Shown here piece by piece: positions 14,210-27,755 of a DNA stretch of 64,000 nt; within the stretch, counting starts at the first letter, position 1; every line of letters begins with the position of its first letter. The stretch lies in the NCBI RefSeq assembly GCF_018977255.1, contig NW_024704743.1:11596001-11660000 (forward strand). Reading direction: 5' to 3'. The notes under the pieces are model-generated. The model was not told where the DNA came from. It worked only from the letters and a program-made list of their open reading frames with translations, and made no database searches. The DNA is from Callorhinchus milii. Lineage: Eukaryota. Both the position numbers and the translations under genes were made by a program.

Positions 14210-14990
14210 CCAAAGCAGAGTGTGGATTCATGATGGACAAAATGGGTCAACGCAAATATAACTTACAAGAGTACAGCTTACAGGAAAGATTGGAGCATGG
14301 AAAGACAGAATGGGGACGAGGGGGTCGAAATAAATCTTGTTGTGATTTTACATATGTGGTCAGATAACATCATGGATAGGAGATCTGAGGAACTAAAGAA
14401 AGAATACATGGAGCCAGTGCCTATATTATCTGGGAGTGTCGAAAGAATGAACAGAATAATTAGCTTCAACGTCTGGTTCGGAAAAGTGTGTGTGCAGGAG
14501 GGAATTGAGTTTGTAGCTGGATGCCTGGGAAACTTTTTCAAGCAGACAACATAGAAAGGATGGTTTACACTTAACTAAATGGGAAGCGAAACTGCTGCAC
14601 AAAGCAGCAATTGTGTTCTATTTAAGAAGGGGAGGGGGAATGCCTATTTAAAAGAAAACACAGACCGGTTGATCATCAGGACGATATGAGAAAGGCTAAA
14701 TCGTTTAGAGACCAAAAATTAGGGGAAATACTTAAATCAAGAGTGCATGGATCTTAGAAAGCAACAAACTGCTACGAGGAAGATTAAGGGGCAAAGAGCA
14801 AAATTAGGTGCATATACATAAATGCTAGCAACATTTAAAAAAATAGTGGAAGTAGAGGCACTGGAGATATGGTAGGAATCAGAAACATGACTATGCCAGG
14901 TCAACCGATATAGAACTTACAAGGTTACAGCTTAAAGGAAGGATTGGAACAATAGGAAACATGAAGCGATTTCCAAATATAAAAGGGACA
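14210..14990 (+). mobile_element. Old CR1 5' remnant: ORF1 esterase end and ORF2 endonuclease start (also 26596-27380)
   Basis: ILSG...FNVW..KVCVQEGIEFV and KDGLHL (SGNH esterase-like), then YINAS and DMVGI-like endonuclease motifs. Confidence 0.6.
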
Positions 14991-15252
14991 CCTGGGAGGT
15001 TAAGGTAGTTGAGCGCCTTAGGACATCCTCGACATGAAAGGCGCAATATAAATACAATTTGTTGTTGTTGAGCAAACATCGCAGGAGCAATTATGGTATG
15101 AAATCCTCTGGTTTGATGTGCTCAACGAGAACAATTCTAGACTGATATTTGGGATATTTTACACTTTAGACTAATTTTATTGGAGGGCAAATCCAACACT
15201 ACCAAACAATGAACTAGGCTATGCATTTGCATGCACACATTTACTAGTGTAC

Positions 15253-15368
15253 CTATATATCCACTATTCCCTGGAGTAGTTTCCTTTAAAGCTTTGGAGA
15301 ATTCGTCCCACGAACCATTGGCACATTCATCCCGGATTCTCTCTCTGGTCAGGGAACCATTCTTAAAA
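15253..15368 (-). CDS. XYLB: XYLB exon 13, duplicate copy A
   Basis: Same sequence as 27640-27755. Whether the duplicate is real is uncertain. Confidence 0.55.
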
Positions 15369-15973
15369 CTAGAGACAAGACAATAAATATGGAACGACAA
15401 CAAGCACATTTCATCCTAATAGTTTAAATTCAAATCAATTAATCTGTATATTAAAATGAATTCAATCTGGCTTCCTGATAAAACTTTTCATAAGATCCTA
15501 CGACTTATTAAATCCTGATGTTGATGGTCGTAAAATACATTTGTCAAAATTACCTAAGGGAAAAGCAAGTTCATGAGAGAAACGTCATGCCCAGAGAAAG
15601 CAAAATAGCAGGAAAGATACTTGAGCACATATTTATAAAATACTTTAGTAAATGCTTTTACTCATGTTGAATATTGATGGTGGCAATAATAATTCAAATA
15701 ATAAACCTGACATTATATGACTTCACACTGGGAAGAAACGATATACAATAAAACTTGCATAGGTCTTATTTATTATCAAATAACAATACACAGCACTCCG
15801 TATAATTGCATGGGGTCAGACCCGGACAGATGCCATGCAAGTATATGGAGTATGCAATTAACCAAAGTTTAGGAGTGGCCCCACCTTCCCAATGAAGTTT
15901 TCAAACATTTGAGTTAGGGCTATATTTAATTGTTTTCAGCCTCTTTCCAATTCTATTCAGAAACTATCCTTTA

Positions 15974-16090
<117 letters not shown>

Positions 16091-16729
16091 CTACAAAATC
16101 AAAGGAATAGGGTCTTACAAAACACTGGTGAATTTGATGTAAAAGTGGGTTATTATATGTACCGTCTTAATAGAATCAGAGAAATATACATCTGATTGCA
16201 TTAACCTGACAATACATTTTTTTAAAAAAAACACTTTGGTAAACAATGGGCCAAATAGCCTCCTTCTGTGCTGTATAATTCTATGAAATGCTTTTACTCA
16301 TGTTAAATGTTAATGGTTGAAATAATTATAATAATCCAAATAATATACCTTACATTATAGTGCCTTTCACGCTGGGAGGAAAGGATATACAATAAAACTT
16401 GCATAAGTCTTCTTTATAAATCGTATAACCGCCTGAACCCCATTAAGTTTCCTATTAAATCCACTTAGATTTCTTTGTATCACTTGTATCAATCATCTCC
16501 TAACTCGTAATCCCACTGTCCTACCCTCCATTACTCCCGCACTTACCAGCTGCTTTGAATCGCATAAAAATAACATCCTGACCTGTCGATGCATCATGTA
16601 CCAGCAGCTACATTGAATCGTGGAAACCATAGGCTTCATCCGTTGACGCACAAGCAGAACTTCATTTCCCACGATTCAATGTGATTCCAACGCTTGCCGG
16701 TAAGCAAGATTTCTCGTAAGTCACATTAA

Positions 16730-17677
16730 ATACGGTTGTTTTTCTGACTGGAGGGAAATGTGCAGGGTGTCCCCCAGGGGTCAATATTGGGACCACTGCT
16801 GTCTGTGGTCTATATAAATGACCTGGACTTGGGTATAAGGAGTACAATTTCCAAGTATGCAGATGATACTAACCTGGAAAAGTAGTAAACAATGAGGAGG
16901 ATAGTAGTAGACTCAAGGGGACATAGACAGACTGGTAAAATGGGCAGACACGTGGCAGATGAAATTTAATGTGGAGAAATGCAAAGTCATGCATTTTGGG
17001 AGGAGGAATAAGGAGAGGCAATATAAGCTGATGGTACAATCTTAAAGAGGGTGAAGGAACAGAGAGACCTGGGGGTTCATATAAGTAAATCTTTGAAGGT
17101 GGCAGGACAGGTAGATAAAGCTGTTAAAAAAGTATACAGGATATTCGGCTTTATAAATAGGGGCAAAGAATACAAAAGTCAGGAAGTTATGATGAACCTT
17201 TATAAAACACTGGTTAGGCCTCAGCTCTGGGCAACACACTTTAGGAAGGATGTCAAGGCATCAGAAAGGGTGCAAAGGAGATTTGCCAGGATGGTACCAA
17301 GAATGAGGGACTTCAGTTATCAGGAGAGGATAGAGAAGCTGGAATTATACTCCTTGGAGCAGAGAAGGTTAAGAGGAGACTTAATAGAAGTTTTTTAAAT
17401 TATGAGGGTATTCGGTAGGGTGAACAAGGAGAAAGTATTTCCACTGGCGGGTGAGTCGGTAATCCGAGGACACAGATTTAAAATAGTTATTAAAAGAGGG
17501 GAGCTGAGGAGAAATGTTTTCACACAGCGAGTTGTTCGGATCTGGAATGCATTGCCTGAAAGGGTGGTGGAAGCCGATTCGATAACAACTTTTAAGAGAG
17601 AAGTATATAATTATTTGGGGAGGACAAGTTTGCAGGGCTATGGGGAGAGAGCGGGGGAGTGCTGTATAATTCTATGA
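16730..17677 (+). mobile_element. 5'-truncated CR1 (also ~29117-30064)
   Basis: EQRDLGVHI, ERVQRRFARM, RGHRFK and FTQRVVRIWNALP motifs. Confidence 0.9.
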
Positions 17678-18913
17678 AATGTTACGGTCCCGACTATGTA
17701 CATTTTACTGTACTGTAAAGTGTAGTGACTGTGTGTTTTGTGGGTGAATGTCCTGAAAATGGGGGTGATTAACTCAGATTCAGATCAAGTAAAATACCAA
17801 GATTGCACATCAGAGTCTTGGGTTCTCTAGTGATGGGTTTCCACACTCGTCAGTCACTCAGCCAACCAAAAGAAAAAAAACTATTTGTAAGTATAGTGAG
17901 CCCTTAGCTGAAGCACCCACAAGTGCATGGACGGCTCACAACGCACCATCCATCCTACAAACTCTCTAACTCCTCCACTAGAATTGCCAACCAGATAAAT
18001 AATAATCCTTGCATTTGATATAATGCCTTATCACATTGTTGAGACACCTCAAAATGTTTCATAGGACATACTGTAAAGTGCTGTGATGTATTTTGTGGGC
18101 GAACACACCAGCCAAGTTGTGCAAGCAATATTCCACACACTGATAAAATGAATGACCAATTATACTTAGGGGAGACTGATCGCCAGGAAACCAAGAGAAA
18201 CTCCCTTCTATTTTTGAATAGTGTCATGGGATTTCCAAAATCCACCTGGAAAGGCAGACAGGATGTTGGTTTAACGTCTCATTCAAAGGACAATACCTCC
18301 AACAATGGAGCACCCCAGCACTGCATTAGAATGCCAGCTTAGCAGAAAAGTTTATAAAACACTTTATAAAACAACTTGCGTTTATATAACACCCCTCACA
18401 CAGGGTAGCATCTCAGAGCATCTCAGAATTTAAAAACAGCTTAAATTCAACTAATTCAGAATGCCAGCGCCCGGATTCTCACTCATACAAAACTCTGCAC
18501 CCCCATCATACCAGTCTTTGCCAGGTTCCACTGACTCCCAATTACTGAACAGATTAATTTCAACATCCTCTCACTCATTTTCAAATCCCTTCATGCCCCG
18601 CGTGAAGGGCACTACATAAATGCAAGTTGTGGTTCAACAATCCATTCCACATCATGCACATTTGAAGTCTGCACTTCACTCACAGATTATTGAGCAGTGC
18701 AAAAGATCTTAATTGTGAAGAATTCAAGGCAGAGAGAACAACCTAGGGAAAGTGTAAATTAAAACAATTTTGATATTTATTCCTTCCTATTTCCTACTCA
18801 TAAGTTCCAGAATTTCCAAGATAGAACTGGATGAGCTATTTTGACAAGATGATAGCAAGTTTAAGATGGGTCAACATTTAACAAGAGAGTAAACTTCCTA
18901 AAATATTACTCAC

Positions 18914-18954
18914 CACTATATCTCCTTCCTCGATTCGCAAGCCTGCCATTGATC
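18914..18954 (-). CDS. XYLB: XYLB exon 11, duplicate copy A
   Basis: Same exon and splice-site sequence as 31301-31341 (offset 12387). Whether the duplicate is real is uncertain. Confidence 0.55.
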
Positions 18955-19181
18955 CTGTAAGACGGGGGGAAACATTTCATTATTTGTAATAATCAATGTA
19001 TAGCTATTTCAATATTACAACATATTGCGCCCTTCACATTAGATGGTTTCTCGGAGCGCTTAACTGTGGTGGAGCACAATGCCGAGGGGTAAGGTGACCG
19101 TAGGCATGGTAGAAGAGGAAGGTCTTCAAGATGAAAATGGGGCGTGAAGGGATTTAAATGCAAGAGTGAAGATCTTGAAAT

Positions 19182-19497
19182 CAATAATAATAATAATCCT
19201 TGCATTTGATATAGCGCTTTTCACTGTCGAGACGTCCAAAGCGCTTCACAGAAAACTGTAAAGTGAATTGACTGTATATTTGTGGGCGAACGCGGCAGCC
19301 AATTGCGCACAGCAATGTCCCACAAACAGTCGTAGATTGAAAATGACCAATTTTTATTATTGTTTTTGGTTTTGGAGGGATTATTATTAGGCGTGTGGAG
19401 TAAGGAAACTTGCCCAAGGTTTCGCCCTCTGCCTGGAATTGAACTCAGGTCTCTCACTTGCAAAGCGAGTGCTCTAACCACTGAGCTACAGGACTCC
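19182..19497 (-). mobile_element. Young tRNA(Ala) SINE, copy A
   Basis: Reverse complement of the family at 31-351. Confidence 0.9.
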
Positions 19498-20359
19498 AAT
19501 GTGTCGGATGTGGAGGAAAGCGGTCATGGCCAGGCAGGCAATGTGGTGGAGGTGGAAGAAAGCGGTTCTGGCCAGGGCAATGTGGTGGAGGTGCTGGCCA
19601 GGGACCCGGTGTGAGTACGAAAGATAGCTGGGGACGGGTTTGGTTAGTCTCAAGGAGTGGTCGGGGAGGGCGGAGGTCAGGGAGGGCGAGAAGGTCGGGG
19701 AGGTGGGGGAGGGTGAGGAGGTCAGTGAAAGTAAACTCCCTACCTCCATTACTGCAGGAGAGAAGACTTTGACGGAAGCAAAGAGTATGGCTTCCGTCTT
19801 GTCAACGTTCAGCTGCAGGAAGTCTGCGCTCATCCAGGCCTTGTTGTCTGTCCAACAAGCTGCAGAACATCAGTGGACTGGGAGTCGCAGAGAAGTAGAT
19901 TTGAGTGTCATCCACATACATGTGGAAGTTTACCCCGTTTCTGTGGGTAACATCAGCGAGAAGAAGCATATAGATGAAGATAAGAACGGGGCCAAGGATG
20001 AGTCTTGGGAGTTCCCCACAGGTGACCGGGTGGGGGTAAGGGGGTAAACCATTGGCTGAGATGAAGCGCTGGCAGTTGGTTAAGTAGAACTCAAACCATC
20101 ACTAAGGTGGATGGGGAGTAGAGGCGGTGGAGGAGGATGGCGTGGTCGACTGTGTCGAATGCAGCGGAGAGGTCCAGGAGGATGAGTAGGCAGAAGGAGC
20201 CCTAGTCACAGAGAGAGAGGACGTCATTTGTTACATTGACAAGCGCTGTCTCTGTGCTAGGGGGCCAGGTGGAGAAATGCTTTGACATCCTGCAACATAA
20301 AAGCTGCTAAATTAATGTAAATTGTTGTCTTCCTATTTTATTAGTTAATAGCAGCTCCT

Positions 20360-20910
20360 CAGCTTGATCCCATTTTACACTGTAATTTCTGTATCCATTA
20401 AGGCACTTAGCCATATACCTATCTTTCTCCCTATTAAAGCATGGGAATTGATTTTGCATTAATGACATCCTGGAGTAGTGTATTCCACATTTTTCCAACC
20501 ATTTGTAAAGAAATGTTTTTTGAATTTGTTTTTAATCAGTTGGCTACTAAGTTGTGTTCATTGTTCTATTTTGAAGACATTCTCAATCTACCTTGTCAAT
20601 TCTCTTATTCTTTTGCACACTTCAATTGGACCACCCAGTCTCCTTACTTAGCTCCATAGAGTATCTTACTCATTATATCCATAGCTAGATCCTTTCATCC
20701 TGCTATTATCCTGTGAATCATCATTAGAGTTCCACCAATGCTAATATATCTTTCCTAAAATGAGGATGCCTAAAATTGAACTCAAATATTCCAAATGTTA
20801 TCTGGCAAGTGCTTTGTGTAACTAAACAAGTACTACTTTGATATTACATTTAAGCCCAGCATCCAATTAGCCAATTGTTCTGTACATCTGCAAACCATCT
20901 TTTAATCACT
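20360..20910 (-). mobile_element. Highly decayed CR1 3' fragment
   Basis: Reverse strand shows LEYLSSILG / RKDILAL-like segments and the VEKCGI (VWN-like) region. Confidence 0.5.
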
Positions 20911-20915
20911 TATCT

Positions 20916-21025
20916 CAGGGGAGTCCAACCTTTTGTCTGCTGCGGCTGGACGATAGATTTGAGAAATAAATCCCCGGGCCTCATAAGCAATATTTTTGTG
21001 TTTCCCTTCCAGAAACATAATCCGT
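20916..21025 (+). mobile_element. hAT-like MITE end, related to 54200-54342
   Basis: CAGGGGAGTCCAACC terminus; shares CATAAGCAA..TTTGTG..TTTCCCTTCCAGAAAC with the 54200 copy. Confidence 0.5.
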
Positions 21026-21159
21026 AAGAATTACATAGAGATCCTAAATGACTTAATATCACTATAACTTAGTTCCAATGCAAACTTTAAATAGGCAATG
21101 TAAAAATTATACAAATTTTAAAACGATAACACAGCCAGCAACGAGGTATTTGGCTCTCC

Positions 21160-24100
21160 TTCTCACTGTATCTTGTGTGCGTGTCTCTTTGTATCTGTGT
21201 GCACATCTCTCTGTGTCTTTGCGTGTGTCTCTGTGTCTGTGCGCGCATCTCTGGCTGTGCGGGCATCCATCTGTGCCTGTGCGGGTATCCATCTGTGCCT
21301 GTGCGGGCATCCATCTGTGCCTGTGCGCGCGTCCATCTGTGCCAGTGTGTGTCTCTGTGTGTGTGTCTCTCTCTCTCTCTCTCTCTCTGTATCTGTCTGT
21401 GTGTGTGTGTCTCTCTCTGTGTCTGTTTGTCTCTGTGTGCGTGTGTGCATCTCTTTGTGTGTCTCTATGTGTGTGTGTCTGTCTGTGTGTGTCTCTCTCT
21501 GTGTATCTGTAAGTGTGTGTGTCTCTGGGTGTTTTGTGTGTGTCTCTGGGTATGTGTATGTGTGTGTCTAATAATAATCCTTGCCTTTGATATAGCACTT
21601 TTCATGTCTTCTCGACATCTCAAAGCGCTTCACAGAATATACTGTAAAGTGAATTGACTGCATATTTGTGGACAAAACGCAGCAGCCAATTGCGCACAGC
21701 AGTGTCCCACAAACAGTCGTGGATTGAAGTGACCAATTTATTTTTGTTTTGGATGGATTATTATTAGTGGAATAAGGAAACTTGCCCAAGGTTTCACCCT
21801 GCCTGGAATTGAACCCAGGTGTCTCGCTTGCAAGGCGAGTGCTCTAACCACTGAGATACAGTGTGTGTGAGTGTGTCTGGGTGTGTGTGTGTCTTGGTGT
21901 TTATGTGTGTGTTTGGGTGTGTGTGTCTGCGTGTGTGTGTGTGTGTGTCTCTGTGTGTGTGTGTGTGTCTTTCTCTCTCTCCTTGTCTGTGCGTGACTCT
22001 CTGTGTCTGTGCGTATGTGTCTCTGGGTATGTGTATGTGTCTCTGCGTGCGTCTGTGTCTCAGTGTGTTAGTGTATTTGGGTGTGTGTGTGTCTGGGTGT
22101 GTGTGTTTGTGTCTCTGGGTGTGTGTCTCTCTGGGTGTGTGTGTTTGTCTCTGGTTATGTGTCTCTCTGGGTGTGTTTGTGTGTGTCTCTGTGTGTGTGC
22201 GTGTTTCTGTGTGTGTGTATGTCTGTGTGTGTGTGTCTCTTGCTGTGTCTGTGTGTGTGTGTGTCTGTCTCTCTGCTTGTCTGTGTGTATCTCTCTGTGT
22301 CTGTGTGCGTGTCTGCCTCTGGCTGTGTGTGTGTCTCAAGGTGGGTGTGTGTGTGCCTTTGGGTGTGTGTATATGTGTGTGTCGGGTGTGTGTGTCTCTG
22401 GGTGTGTGTGTTTGTGTCTGTGTGTGTGTATCTCTTTCTGTATCTGTGTGTGTCTCTGGGTGTGTGTGTTTGTGTCTGGGTGTGTGTGTTTGTGTCTGTG
22501 GGTGTGTGTGTGTCTGTGGGTGTGTGTGTGTCTGTGGGTGTGTGTGTGTCTCTGGGTGTGTGTGTGTCTCTGTATGTGTGTGTGTGTGTGCCCCTGTGTG
22601 TGTATGTCTTTGTGTGTGTCTGGGTGTGTGTGTTTGTGTCTGTGTGTGTGTATCTCTTTCTGTATCTGTGTGTGTCTCTGGGTGTGTGTGTTTGTGTCTG
22701 GGTGTGTGTGTGTGTGTCTGTGGGTGTGTGTGTGTCTGTGGGTGTGTGTGTGTCTCTGTATGTGTGTGTGTCTCTGTATGTGTGTGTGTATGTCTTTGTG
22801 TGTGTCTGGGTGTGTGTGTCTCTGAGTGTGTGCGTATGTTTCTGGGTGTGTGTGTGTGTCTGTGGGTTTGTGTTTGTCTGTGTCTGTGGGTGTGTCTGTG
22901 TGTGTGTTTGTGTGTCTCTGGGTGTGTGTGGGTCTCTGGGTGTGTGTGGTTACTCTTGGGGTGTGTGTCTGTGTGTCTCTGGGTGTGCGTGGTTATCTCT
23001 CGGTGTGTGTGTCTGTGTGTGTGTCTCTGAGTCTGTGTGTGCGCGGGTCTCTCTGTGTCTGTATGCGCGACTCTGTGTGTCTGTCTGTGCGTGTGTCTCT
23101 GTGTGTGTGTGTTTGTATCTGTGTGTGTGTATTAGTCTGTGTGTGTGTGTCTCTGGATGTGTGTGTGTGTCTCTGGGTTGTGTGTCTCTGAGTGTGTGTG
23201 TATGTTTCTTTGGGTGTGTGTGTGTCTGTGGGTGTGTGTTTGTCTGTGTGTGTGTGTGTCTCTGGGTGTGTGTGTGTTTCTCTGTGTGTGTGTGTGTCTC
23301 TGGGTGTGTGTGTGTGTGTCTCTGGGTGTGTGTGTGTGTGTGTCTCTGGGTGTGTGTGTGTGTCTCTGGGTGTGTGTGTGTGTCTCTGGGTGTGTGTGTG
23401 TGTGTCTCTGGGTGTGTGTGTGTGTGTCTCTGGGTGTGTGTGTGTGTCTCTGGGTGTGTGTATGTCTGTGTGTGAGTCTCTGGGTGTGTGTGTCTCTGTG
23501 TGAATATTTCTCTGTGTGTGTGTCTTTGGGTGTATGTGTCTGGGTGTGTGTGTGTCTCTGGGTGTGTGTGTGTATCTCTGGTTGTGTGTCTGAGTGTGTG
23601 TGTGTGTCTCTGGGTGTGTGTCTGTGTTTCTGGGTGTGCGTCTGTGTCTTTGGGTCTGTGTGTGTGTAGGTGCTTCTGTGTGTATGTCTGCGTGTGTGTG
23701 TTTCTCTGGGTATATGTGTCTGTATGTGTGTCTCCAGGTGTGTGTCTCTAGATGTGTGTGTGTCTGGGTGTTTGTGTATGTTTCTGTGTGTGTCTCTGGG
23801 TGTGTGTGTTTGTGTGTGTGTGTGTCTCTGGGTTAGTGTGTGTGTGTGTCTCTTGGTGTTTGTGTGTGTCTCTGGGTGTATGTGTCTGTCTGTGTGTGTG
23901 TGTGTGTCTCTGGGTGTGTGTGTGTGTGTGTTTCTCTCTCTCCTTGTCTGTGCGTGACTCTCTGTGTCTGTGCGTATGTGTCTCTGGGTATGTGTATGTG
24001 TCTCTGCGTGCGTCTGTGTCTCAGTGTGTTAGTGTATTTGGGTGTGTGTGTGTCTGGGTGTGTGTGTTTGTGTCTCTGGGTGTGTGTCTCTCTGGGTGTG

Positions 24101-26595
24101 TGTGTTTGTCTCTGGGTATGTGTCTCTCTGGGTGTGTTTGTGTGTGTCTCTGTGTGTGTGCGTGTTTCTGTGTGTGTGTATGTCTGTGTGTGTGTGTCTC
24201 TTGCTGTGTCTGTGTGTGTGTGTGTCTGTCTCTCTGCCTGTCTGTGTGTATCTCTCTGTGTCTGTGTGCGTGTCTGCCTCTGGCTGTGTGTGTGTCTCAA
24301 GGTGGGTGTGTGTGTGCCTTTGGGTGTGTGATATGTGTGTGTCGGGTGTGTGTGTCTCTGGGTGTGTGTGTTTGTGTCTGTGTGTGTGTATCTCTTTCTG
24401 TATCTGTGTGTGTCTCTGGGTGTGTGTGTTTGTGTCTGGGTGTGTGTGTTTGTGTCTGTGGGTGTGTGTGTCTGTGGGTGTGTGTGTGTCTCTGTGTGTG
24501 TGTGTCTCTGTATGTGTGTGTGTGTGTGTGCCTCTGTGTGTGTGTGTATGTCTTTGTGTGTGTCTGGGTGTGTGTGTCTCTGAGTGTGTGCGTATGTTTC
24601 TGGGTGTGTGTGTGTCTGTGGGTGTGTGTTTGTCTGTGTCTGTGTGTGTCTCTGGGTGTGTGTGGGTCTCTGGGTGTGTGTGGTTACCCTGGGGGGGTGT
24701 GTATGTGTGTGTGTCTGGGTGTGCGTGGTTATCTCTCGGTGTGTGTGTCTGTGTGTGTGTCTCTGAGTCTGTGTGTGCGCGGGTCTCTCTGTGTCTGTAT
24801 GTGCGACTCTGTGTGTCTGTCTGTCTGTGCGTGTGTCTCTGTGTGTGTGTGTTTGTATCTGTGTGTGTGTATTAGTCTGTGTGTGTGTGTCTCTGGATGT
24901 GTGTGTGTGTCTCTGGGTGTGTGTTTGTGCCTCTGTTTGTATGTATGTCTGTGTGTGTGTGTCTCTGAGTGTGTGTGTATGTTTCTTTGGGTGTGTGTGT
25001 GTCTGTGGGTGTGTGTGTCTCTGGGTGTGTGTGTGTTCTCTGTGTGTGTGTGTTTCTCTGTGTGTGTGTGTGTGTCTCTGGGTGTGTGTGTGTGTCTCTG
25101 GGTGTGTGTGTGTGTCTCTGGGTGTGTGTGTGAGTCTCTGGGTGTGTGTGTCTCTGTGTGAATATTTCTCTGTGTGTGTGTCTTTGGGTGTATGTGTCTG
25201 GGTGTGTGTGTGTCTCTGGGTGTGTGTGTGTATCTCTGGTTGTGTGTCTGAGTGTGTGTGTGTGTCTCTGGGTGTGTGTCTGTGTTTCTGGGTGTGCGTC
25301 TGTGTCTTTGGGTCTGTGTGTGTGTAGGTGCTTCTGTGTGTATGTCTGCGTGTGTGTGTTTCTCTGGGTATATGTGTCTGTATGTGTGTGTCTCCAGGTG
25401 TGTGTCTCTAGATGTGTGTGTGTCTGGGTGTTTGTGTATGTTTCTGTGTGTGTCTCTGGGTGTGTGTGTTTGTGTGTGTGTGTGTGTATCTCTTTCTGTA
25501 TCTGTGTGTGTCTCTGGGTGTGTGTGTGTCTCTGTGTGTGTGTGTGTGTTCTGGGTGTGTGTGTTTGTGTCTGTGGGTGTGTGTGTTTGTGTCTGTGGGT
25601 GTGTGTGTGTCTCTGGGTGTGTGTGTATCTCTGTATGTGTGTGTGTGTGCCTTTGTGTGTGTATGTCTTTGTGTGTGTCTGGGTGTGTGTGTCTCTGAGT
25701 GTGTGCGTATGTTTCTGGGTGTGTGTGTGTGTCGGTGGGTTTGTGTTTGTCTGTGGGTGTGTCTGTGTGTCTGTTTGTGTGTCTCTGGGTGTGTGTGGGT
25801 CTCTGGGTGTGTGTGGTTACTCTTGGGGTGTGTGTCTGTGTGTCTCTGGGTGTGCGTGGTTATCTCTCGGTGTGTGTGTCTGTGTGTGTGTCTCTGAGTC
25901 TGTGTGTGCGCGGGTCTCTCTGTGTCTGTATGCGCGACTCTGTGTGTCTGTCTGTGCGTGTGGCTCTGTGTGTGTGTGTTTGTATCTGTGTGTGTGTATT
26001 AGTCTGTGTGTGTGTGTCTCTGGATGTGTGTGTGTGTCTCTGGATGTGTGTGTGTGTGTCTGGATGTGTGTGTGTCTGTGGGTGTGTGTGTCTCTGGGTG
26101 TGTGTGTGTGTCTGTGTGTGTGTGTGTCTCTGGGTGTGTGTGTGTGTCTCTGGGTGTGTGTGTGTGTGTCTCTGGGTGTGTGTGTCTCTGGTGTGTGTGT
26201 GTGTCTCTGGGTGTGTGTGTGTGTCTCTGGGTGTGTGTATGTCTGTGTGTGTGTCTCTGGGTGTGTGTGTCTCTGTGTGAATATTTCTCTGTGTGTGTGT
26301 CTTTGGGTGTATGTGTCTGGGTGTGTGTGTGTCTCTGGGTGTGTGTGTGTATCTCTGGTTGTGTGTCTGAGTGTGTGTGTGTGTCTCTGGGTGTGTGTCT
26401 GTGTTTTCTGGGTGTGCGTCTGTGTCTTTGGGTCTGTGTGTGTGTAGGTGCTTCTGTGTGTATGTCTGCGTGTGTGTGTTTCTCTGGGTATATGTTGTCT
26501 GTATGTGTGTGTCTCCAGGTGTGTGTCTCTAGATGTGTGTGTGGGTCTGGGTGTTTGTGTATGTTTCTTGTGTGTGTCCTGGTGGTGTGTGTTTG
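21160..26595 (+). repeat. ~5.4 kb (GT)n / CTCTGG(GT)n satellite with higher-order repeats; SINE inserted at 21569-21861(-)
   Basis: TG-dinucleotide-rich throughout; landmark GAATATTTCTC recurs at ~23502, 25160 and 26279, GCGCGGGTCTC at ~23041, 24777 and 25908. Confidence 0.97.
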
Positions 26596-27639
26596 CCAAA
26601 GCAGAGTGTGGATTCATGATGGACAAAATGGGTCAACGCAAATATAACTTACAAGAGTACAGCTTACAGGAAAGATTGGAGCATGGAAAGACAGAATGGG
26701 GACGAGGGGGTCGAAATAAATCTTGTTGTGATTTTACATATGTGGTCAGATAACATCATGGATAGGAGATCTGAGGAACTAAAGAAAGAATACATGGAGC
26801 CAGTGCCTATATTATCTGGGAGTGTCGAAAGAATGAACAGAATAATTAGCTTCAACGTCTGGTTCGGAAAAGTGTGTGTGCAGGAGGGAATTGAGTTTGT
26901 AGCTGGATGCCTGGGAAACTTTTTCAAGCAGACAACATAGAAAGGATGGTTTACACTTAACTAAATGGGAAGCGAAACTGCTGCACAAAGCAGCAATTGT
27001 GTTCTATTTAAGAAGGGGAGGGGGAATGCCTATTTAAAAGAAAACACAGACCGGTTGATCATCAGGACGATATGAGAAAGGCTAAATCGTTTAGAGACCA
27101 AAAATTAGGGGAAATACTTAAATCAAGAGTGCATGGATCTTAGAAAGCAACAAAACTGCTACGAGGAAGATTAAGGGGCAAAGAGCAAAATTAGGTGCAT
27201 ATACATAAATGCTAGCAACATTTAAAAAAATAGTGGAAGTAGAGGCACTGGAGATATGGTAGGAATCAGAAACATGACTATGCCAGGTCAACCGATATAG
27301 AACTTACAAGGTTACAGCTTAAAGGAAGGATTGGAACAATAGGAAACATGAAGCGATTTCCAAATATAAAAGGGACACCTGGGAGGTTAAGGTAGTTGAG
27401 CGCCTTAGGACATCCTCGACATGAAAGGCGCAATATAAATACAATTTGTTGTTGTTGAGCAAACATCGCAGGAGCAATTATGGTATGAAATCCTCTGGTT
27501 TGATGTGCTCAACGAGAACAATTCTAGACTGATATTTGGGATATTTTACACTTTAGACTAATTTTATTGGAGGGCAAATCCAACACTACCAAACAATGAA
27601 CTAGGCTATGCATTTGCATGCACACATTTACTAGTGTAC

Positions 27640-27755
27640 CTATATATCCACTATTCCCTGGAGTAGTTTCCTTTAAAGCTTTGGAGAATTCGTCCCACGA
27701 ACCATTGGCACATTCATCCCGGATTCTCTCTCTGGTCAGGGAACCATTCTTAAAA
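27640..27755 (-). CDS. XYLB: XYLB exon 13, copy B (FKNGSLTRERIRDECANGSWDEFSKALKETTPGNSGYIG), 116 nt
   Basis: ctctag acceptor, G|gtacac donor; FKNGSLxRE motif; inside ORF 27524..27796. Confidence 0.95.

Noticed and set aside
21078..26753. Many long Cys/Val-rich or Thr/His-rich ORFs (up to 469 aa)
   Set aside because: They are translations of the (GT)n satellite, open in several frames at once, with no domain content.
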